A stretch of DNA of 11,956 nucleotides from Octopus sinensis. Lineage: Eukaryota. The position numbers were made by a program, and so were the translations under genes. This document shows, in pieces, positions 7,601 to 11,956 of the stretch. The notes under the pieces were generated by a model that worked only from the letters and a program-made list of their open reading frames with translations, searched no databases and had not been told where the DNA came from. The stretch covers positions 1 to 11,956 of the forward strand of contig NW_021826810.1 of the NCBI RefSeq assembly GCF_006345805.1. The letters are read 5' to 3'. Each line of letters opens with the position of its first letter. Positions within the stretch are counted from its first letter, which is position 1.

Positions 7601-10031
7601 TGATAGCTAAAATGTCTAAATGTGATGGTTTATCACAATAACAAACAATTTCACCTTCACCCATCTTACACACCCGTACATAAGGCTTCCTTAATGATAC
7701 ACTTCTCACTGTCTTTGATAGGTTTCCGATCACCCTTAATTGTTTCTGTAGGGGTAATGTGACCCCTATATGATTAGAATCCCATCGACATATATCTGTG
7801 GCTGTAGACGGCAGAGATAATCTAGACACAATGTCTCCTTCCTCAGAAATGTACAACAAGCAATCATGGTTGATGTCAGACACCACCAACTGTCCATTGG
7901 ACAGATTACATATTTCGCCAATGACAAGTTTTTGGTCATTCTCCTTTTCTTTGAGTCGTAGATTTAGATTTCTGATGTAAGGATTTTTAATGGGTAAAAG
8001 ACAGCCAGACGACCGGTCATGATTCTTATAAAGAAGAACCCTGTTGAGTTGAGTGTCCGGGACATAAAGAGTTCCTTGGAAAACAGCAATGTGAGGGTGA
8101 ACAGGGAAAGGCAGTTCCCACTGCCATTTCATTTGTCCATATAGCTCGTAACATCTGAGAATAGAGTATCTCCTGAAGAGGACATAGAAATAAACATTAT
8201 CAGAGTAGATGTGATGAGGGTGGCCATAGAATGGAAGGTATTTTTGAAAAAGTTTTTCTCCACATGTGGAATAAAATACCATTTTATTTTCGTTTTCATC
8301 TACGACTACAAAATTAATTGGAGTTGCAGCAATGCTGACATTATGATGTCCCAGAAAAATTCTTTCAGCAATGTCAACTTTATCTTCGTTGATCAATAAG
8401 ATATGGACCTCGCTTTTGTTTTCAGTGGTGGTCACAGCCAGACACTTATTTGATACAATATGACATATTTTCATGTAACCAGTTTGCACCTTTATTAAAG
8501 GGCCTTTTCTTAGTTCAGGACAGGTGATATACTGAAACCCTTTCATTTCAGGATAAAATACCAGGAATCTGTTTGCGTTTATTCTACAACAGAAAGAAGG
8601 AAGCTCAAGGAAAACTGAATTATTTTGGTTAATTATTTCCCCGTTATCAGTGAATAATTTAGCTTTCTTGTTTTTGTAAATTATTAATATAGAAGATGTA
8701 GACATAGGTAGAATATTTGTAATGTTGTAGCAATCCTCAATATAAATATAGTTGTTCAATGTTGGGGTCCATAGCTGGGGGTTATATGACTGCCTGGGCC
8801 AAAAGTCTTCATTTGTTCCAATGATATGAAGGACATCAAAATAATCGGTTACAAAAATGTTTTCTTTGCCAACAGAAATATGGCGGCATTTCATGCCAAT
8901 TTCTCTTGTTGTCACAGCACCTGTACCTGATATCCGATAAATAATATGTCCCTGAAGGACATAAAAATGGTTTTGGTACACAGAGATGTGGCTTGGAATG
9001 TCCAGGGAATTGGTATCCACCTCAAATAACTGCTGGCCATCCACATTGTAACAGGTAACCCTGTTAATATTGGAAAAGGATACTAAGAGTTTATTTTGTG
9101 CTCCTACAGCAATATCTGAAGGGGTTTCTTTGGTTATGAATTCGTATTTTATTCTATTCTCTTCCCAGTCAATGACGTATATGGTCTGACCAAACATTTC
9201 GACACCTATAAGCGTAGAATGTTCCAAATAAGAAACCAAGATTAATCCTAGCTGAATTCTTTTGATTCTCAAACTTAAAGGGTTGATAATAAGAATCATC
9301 TTTCGAAATGGGATGGTGGCGAGGACTGTGTCTTTACTGATTCTGGTAAAATCAGTGACGGAAGATGAGCAATAAACTTCATTTCTGTTGCCGTCTCTTG
9401 TTATACAACATATTGACATATAATGGCGGGAATATGTTACAATACCCCCTTGTATGACGACAATATTGGATATTGGTTTGCTTAAGTCTTCACCAGATTC
9501 CTCAATCTCTACTTCTCTGGTCACAACTGGCCGAAGAGGACGAAATTTTGTGATTACTTTTGGTGGTTCTATGGTCTTGTGGTTGTATGGGTTACAGGTG
9601 ACATAAATGTCAAAGAGTCTTTGTTGAAACCAATCAAGATTTTGGTGAACAAAATCATTATTTTGTTCTGCAAATTCCAGAAATCTTGGCATTTTACGTT
9701 TGATATTACGTAAGATTCGAGATCCATTTAAACCCAGAGAGTCCATGTGATTACATTTATCCTTTACATAATCTATAAACGTATTGATGTGGTCTGTTTT
9801 GATTAGTGTTCGGTAACATGTCACAATATGAAGGAAACTTGGTAACATGGACTTTTCCTGTTCTTTAGATTTCTTTCTGTCTTTTCTTTCCTGTTCTTCT
9901 GTTTTCTTTGTGTTTTGTGTATGTAATATTTGGGTAAGAATTGGTGTAGTTTCCTTATAAATTGCTGTTGCATCACAGACTGTGGTGGGAATGAGAGCCA
10001 ACATTTTGTTTTCTTCATTAATCTTCTCCAT
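4632..10031 (-). CDS. 1799-aa uncharacterised protein with ~6 tandem NHL/six-bladed beta-propeller-like modules, encoded in a single coding exon
   Basis: 5.4-kb uninterrupted ORF in AT-rich DNA. Start context AAAATGG, with an in-frame TAA 15 nt upstream. A recurring module-start motif appears at aa ~187, 437, 704, 969, 1258 and ~1500-1530, e.g. IGEICNLSNGQLVVSDINHDCLLYISEEG..ATDICRWDSNHIGVTLP, IISLVLTENNLIAVCDRENGNIKIFTLDGQLL and VKDFDVSEEGKTVVCEKANNGNVKIFDEDGQLL. These resemble mollusc NHL-like repeat proteins. No RING, B-box or signal peptide is visible. Confidence 0.85.
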   Translation of the reverse strand: MEKINEENKMLALIPTTVCDATAIYKETTPILTQILHTQNTKKTEEQERKDRKKSKEQEKSMLPSFLHIVTCYRTLIKTDHINTFIDYVKDKCNHMDSLGLNGSRILRNIKRKMPRFLEFAEQNNDFVHQNLDWFQQRLFDIYVTCNPYNHKTIEPPKVITKFRPLRPVVTREVEIEESGEDLSKPISNIVVIQGGIVTYSRHYMSICCITRDGNRNEVYCSSSVTDFTRISKDTVLATIPFRKMILIINPLSLRIKRIQLGLILVSYLEHSTLIGVEMFGQTIYVIDWEENRIKYEFITKETPSDIAVGAQNKLLVSFSNINRVTCYNVDGQQLFEVDTNSLDIPSHISVYQNHFYVLQGHIIYRISGTGAVTTREIGMKCRHISVGKENIFVTDYFDVLHIIGTNEDFWPRQSYNPQLWTPTLNNYIYIEDCYNITNILPMSTSSILIIYKNKKAKLFTDNGEIINQNNSVFLELPSFCCRINANRFLVFYPEMKGFQYITCPELRKGPLIKVQTGYMKICHIVSNKCLAVTTTENKSEVHILLINEDKVDIAERIFLGHHNVSIAATPINFVVVDENENKMVFYSTCGEKLFQKYLPFYGHPHHIYSDNVYFYVLFRRYSILRCYELYGQMKWQWELPFPVHPHIAVFQGTLYVPDTQLNRVLLYKNHDRSSGCLLPIKNPYIRNLNLRLKEKENDQKLVIGEICNLSNGQLVVSDINHDCLLYISEEGDIVSRLSLPSTATDICRWDSNHIGVTLPLQKQLRVIGNLSKTVRSVSLRKPYVRVCKMGEGEIVCYCDKPSHLDILAINYYNQVEVIKTINIPVFVKSLSIDKKTEKLFIVTRGKAFQYNTTIGGGGQGGRQMVPSVLMSQVKRPLSLQGGSIDQTSVYLIDRSRMFAINDQNLLVNDLVTNNQLNYYIDLVDVFSRNISLSEMLSSTLYLQDMTVSDKARHIPLPKHLGDKRPARIISLVLTENNLIAVCDRENGNIKIFTLDGQLLDSIKVNVYDYIKMCQWQSNTLVIMTGDAEDDDKLQLLTLKVEFPLSLVIYQTRNNYECVASLSNNQLVFSESKDVRHLHFVDLDEIHSSVEEIKKIDIPEPLIRRKEDGNYSDRIRDIKVTDEDVIIVFNERFIIFFNSNGQYLHSVRHYMDYLGSDDRMTIDDSFLYIYGEWEKCFSSSGYRNILCLTQNGEYKRIFLNERIYKDKVYFSSIDCKGPRFVGSPRREESNELYVEGLFMVNRDSFPVARLQTDECPVQVKDFDVSEEGKTVVCEKANNGNVKIFDEDGQLLRHRNVASLVGGVCFTQESHIMATVPKRKEIFQLNGEDLQTSQVWSSLIPYGVIGRKVAGIYWCVHNELIECHCIKIDGDQVNILESVSLLNLDSGLRFPSITSETNKEIFSNELINNLEYRGGDGDGGGRRGKSGEIISKGRLKVRCGNYIAEINNSGIDEISVRRLPYRTAMVPFSIPAYEEPVDYDLRDIKDRNSKLIKLDENVSVLMFRESVTLIRTTTTTTVDILQHEQQQRPALDICRWTEECFIVAFGREMRVFDRDLCGLKTIKTEKYYNRIYKYNDNQLVCGGHYIRDITQEKGDKKYKRIWRNNKYYYYCDDPDIFDPYYVDVVDINDGKCKDGVCRGKVRRWRRLEEDEGVDGVGVTSFGDVVVLRRETKKRRFGGWDVFCFVEWFREKSLVRRIRIEERMFYDPEYYIPRARLTIIGECVYITDFINNIYEIPQHIEEETSEDDEILELKDNSKYLLLRGYDNEVFEVLGLDVSDNSLMVFGIIPGRQSFAFFYFDK

Positions 10032-10148
10032 TTTATGAATATAGAATTATTATCTTTTTCTGTTAAATATATTCTTTTCTGTGGATTTTGTTTTCTTCCT
10101 TTGGAATACAATTTATCTCTTCAAAATTCACTAATTTTTACATGAAAG

Positions 10149-10166
10149 CTGAAATAAAATGAAAAC
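10149..10166 (-). promoter_or_regulatory. Candidate 3' splice acceptor opening the large coding exon
   Basis: Minus strand reads TTTTCATTTTATTTCAG|CTTTC, with the AG at 10150-10149. This would leave 117 nt of 5' UTR before the ATG. Confidence 0.55.
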
Positions 10167-10427
10167 TTTATTAGTTTTGTGAAAAGCTTTTGGTAAAATA
10201 ATATTTACTTGATTCATTCAAAGAATTTCAAGGAAAACACACATTTCATTAAATATATTAAACAAATTGTTTATTTGACAGTGAAGTTAAACATTTAAAC
10301 TGTTTCCAATGGAATAATCATTAGAAATAAAACTTGAAGATATAAATACACCATTATCTTTATTGACTGAATATAAGTGATGGTGAAAAGTTTTGTAGTA
10401 AGAAGGAATATAAATATTTTGTTGAGG

Positions 10428-10658
10428 TTATTTCTACAGATATTATCGGTAGAAATTATAGCCAGGACTGATTTCCTGCTACAACATTTCATATCGAAAT
10501 GTCAGATGGAAACAAACAATGAGATCAAAGAGAAAAACATCTGTTGTTTGTTCTCATTGTGTATCTCATTGTTTGTTTACATCTGACATCTCGATAGGAA
10601 AGGCTTTAGCAAAAAATCAGAGCCAACCATAATTTCTATGGAATATCAATAGAATAAT
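10428..10658. repeat. Long imperfect palindrome (MITE-like or fold-back hairpin)
   Basis: Core arms 10492-10525 / 10563-10596 match at 32/34. Pairing continues in the same register to 10450-10459 / 10629-10638 and more loosely beyond. The interior also folds, leaving a 5-nt loop. Confidence 0.8.
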
Positions 10659-10842
10659 GTGAAAAACACTGCTAACAAAGTAGAATGTGGTGTTGACTTC
10701 TAAAACGATTTAATATATTTTACAGGAATTTATGGTTGCATAATGAAATACCACGTCCCTACAAATCAGGAATATAAGTATTATTAATAATTATATGCAC
10801 TGGAAATGATGTGACAGTCATGGTTGGCTTGGTTTCCATCAT

Positions 10843-10851
10843 ATTTACCTG
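10843..10851 (-). promoter_or_regulatory. Candidate 5' splice donor of an upstream non-coding exon
   Basis: Minus strand reads CAG|GTAAAT with the GT at 10848-10847. With the 10149 acceptor this gives a 700-nt intron. Motif evidence only. Confidence 0.25.
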
Positions 10852-11368
10852 GATTCACAGATACGAATAAAGCTGGAGATGAAACTGTTCTTAACCTGAC
10901 AAATGCTGTAAATCTCTTGACATTTCAATATAATCCACACAATTATCATACACAACATTGATTAACTCGGAAAGCTTATCCAAAGATGGGCTTTCATATA
11001 ATCACACTGATAGACAGCATGTTGAGAGGATCGTTATTATTTGTTGCTGATTGAGATAATAAAGATTGGTTAATGAATAAGCCTAATTAGTGAAAGGTAG
11101 GTTCCTCCTAATTATCTTTTAATATAAGGGACAATGTTTGGGTAGCAATGAGAAAGATGTGTCTGTATGAAAAAGGGGTTTGGCAGGTGAAGTGTGTTTT
11201 GTTTTGTGTTAGGTGAGGAGTTATAACTTGGTGTAGTTTATTATGAAGTGTTGGGGGTTTAATGAGGTGGATTAGGAAATATTGGTGGGGTGTTTAATGA
11301 CATTCTGGTGACCCATCATCATCAGAATGATCCTCCACTGCCTCCTTGGTCTATGAAATAATGACTGT

Positions 11369-11410
11369 TACTCTATTGACCCCAGGAGGAATGAAAAATA
11401 AAAGAGACCT
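11369..11410. mobile_element. Possible short degraded SINE central-domain fragment
   Basis: TACTCTATTGACCCCAGGAGGAATGAAAAATAAAAGAGACCT loosely resembles a remembered cephalopod SINE motif (TCGACCCCGAAAGGATGAAAGGCAAAGTCGACC). This is recall and unverified. Confidence 0.2.
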
Positions 11411-11420
11411 TCTTCAGGAT

Positions 11421-11520
11421 ATACATACATATATATGTATATATGATAGAATGAATGTGTATAATATATACACAAGGATGCACATATGTATATTTATACA
11501 TCCATACGTCTGTATGTATG
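11421..11520. repeat. Degenerate TA/ATGT simple repeat
   Basis: Read directly. Confidence 0.75.
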
Positions 11521-11700
11521 ATGATCATCATTTTACCCCCACTTTCCATGCTGGAATGGGTTGGATGGTTCAGAGAATATCTTGCCTGAAGTTACATTTT
11601 CTGGTTTTCTTTCTACAGCTGGATGCTCTTCCTGACACCAACCACTGCACGATGTGTACTGGGTGCATCTTATGGCACCATCACTAGAGACAATCGCCAT
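11518..11700 (-). mobile_element. 3' end of an RTE-type LINE or SINE sharing an RTE tail, with a short ATG/ATC triplet tail
   Basis: ATCATCATTTT...TTTCCATGCTGGAATGGGTTGGATGG and TTTCTACAGCTGGATGCTCTTCCTGACACCAACCACT...TGTACTGGGTGC resemble the very abundant octopus retroposon 3' end containing GGATGCCCTTCCT. The family is recalled, not searched. The 5' boundary is undefined. Confidence 0.5.
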
Positions 11701-11956
11701 GTCCTTGACGAAACTAAAGGTTCCCCTCAATCTCTGGGTGTGACATATACCTTGGGATGTGTGAGAGATCTAGGGTAATAAATATATGCAAAGGAGTGGC
11801 TGAGTGTTGGGGAGAGACCCAGGTAGGTCCAGTAACATCCCTAGTTTCATTGGAAGAATGGTGAAGAGAAGAGATTTACTGCCAATCTTTGTCACAGCAG
11901 TAAGATAGTAGAGTAAAAAGAAGAAGAGAGAGTGATTGAAAGATGAAAGATAGAGG

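Noticed and set aside
4821-8399. Several + strand ORFs (62-179 aa) inside the large CDS
   Set aside because: They are antisense shadows of the minus-strand gene.
10621-10829. 10-bp inverted match AGCCAACCAT / ATGGTTGGCT
   Set aside because: Too short, does not extend, and is compatible with chance.

Overview
AT-rich eukaryotic genomic DNA, dense in microsatellites. The repeat content suggests a mollusc, probably a cephalopod (octopus); this is inferred from remembered repeat motifs, not from a search. Main contents: (1) an intronless 1799-aa ORF on the minus strand (4632-10031), built from about six tandem NHL/beta-propeller-like modules; (2) a 5'-truncated, frameshifted CR1 LINE (1046-1807, minus); (3) modular degenerate direct and inverted repeats (1808-2972); (4) a 959-bp non-coding element (3368-4326) between two (TA)n tracts, about 300 bp past the gene's stop codon. 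That element is the most interesting feature. It has a 139-bp direct repeat, a 232-bp near-perfect inverted repeat and microhomology-joined junctions. It also carries two identical, oppositely oriented type I hammerhead ribozymes with an intact core, a palindromic minimal stem III and an unusually long stem II. This looks like a young non-autonomous Penelope-like element or retrozyme. There is also a ~230-bp fold-back hairpin in the putative 5'-UTR intron and retroposon 3'-end fragments at the right end.
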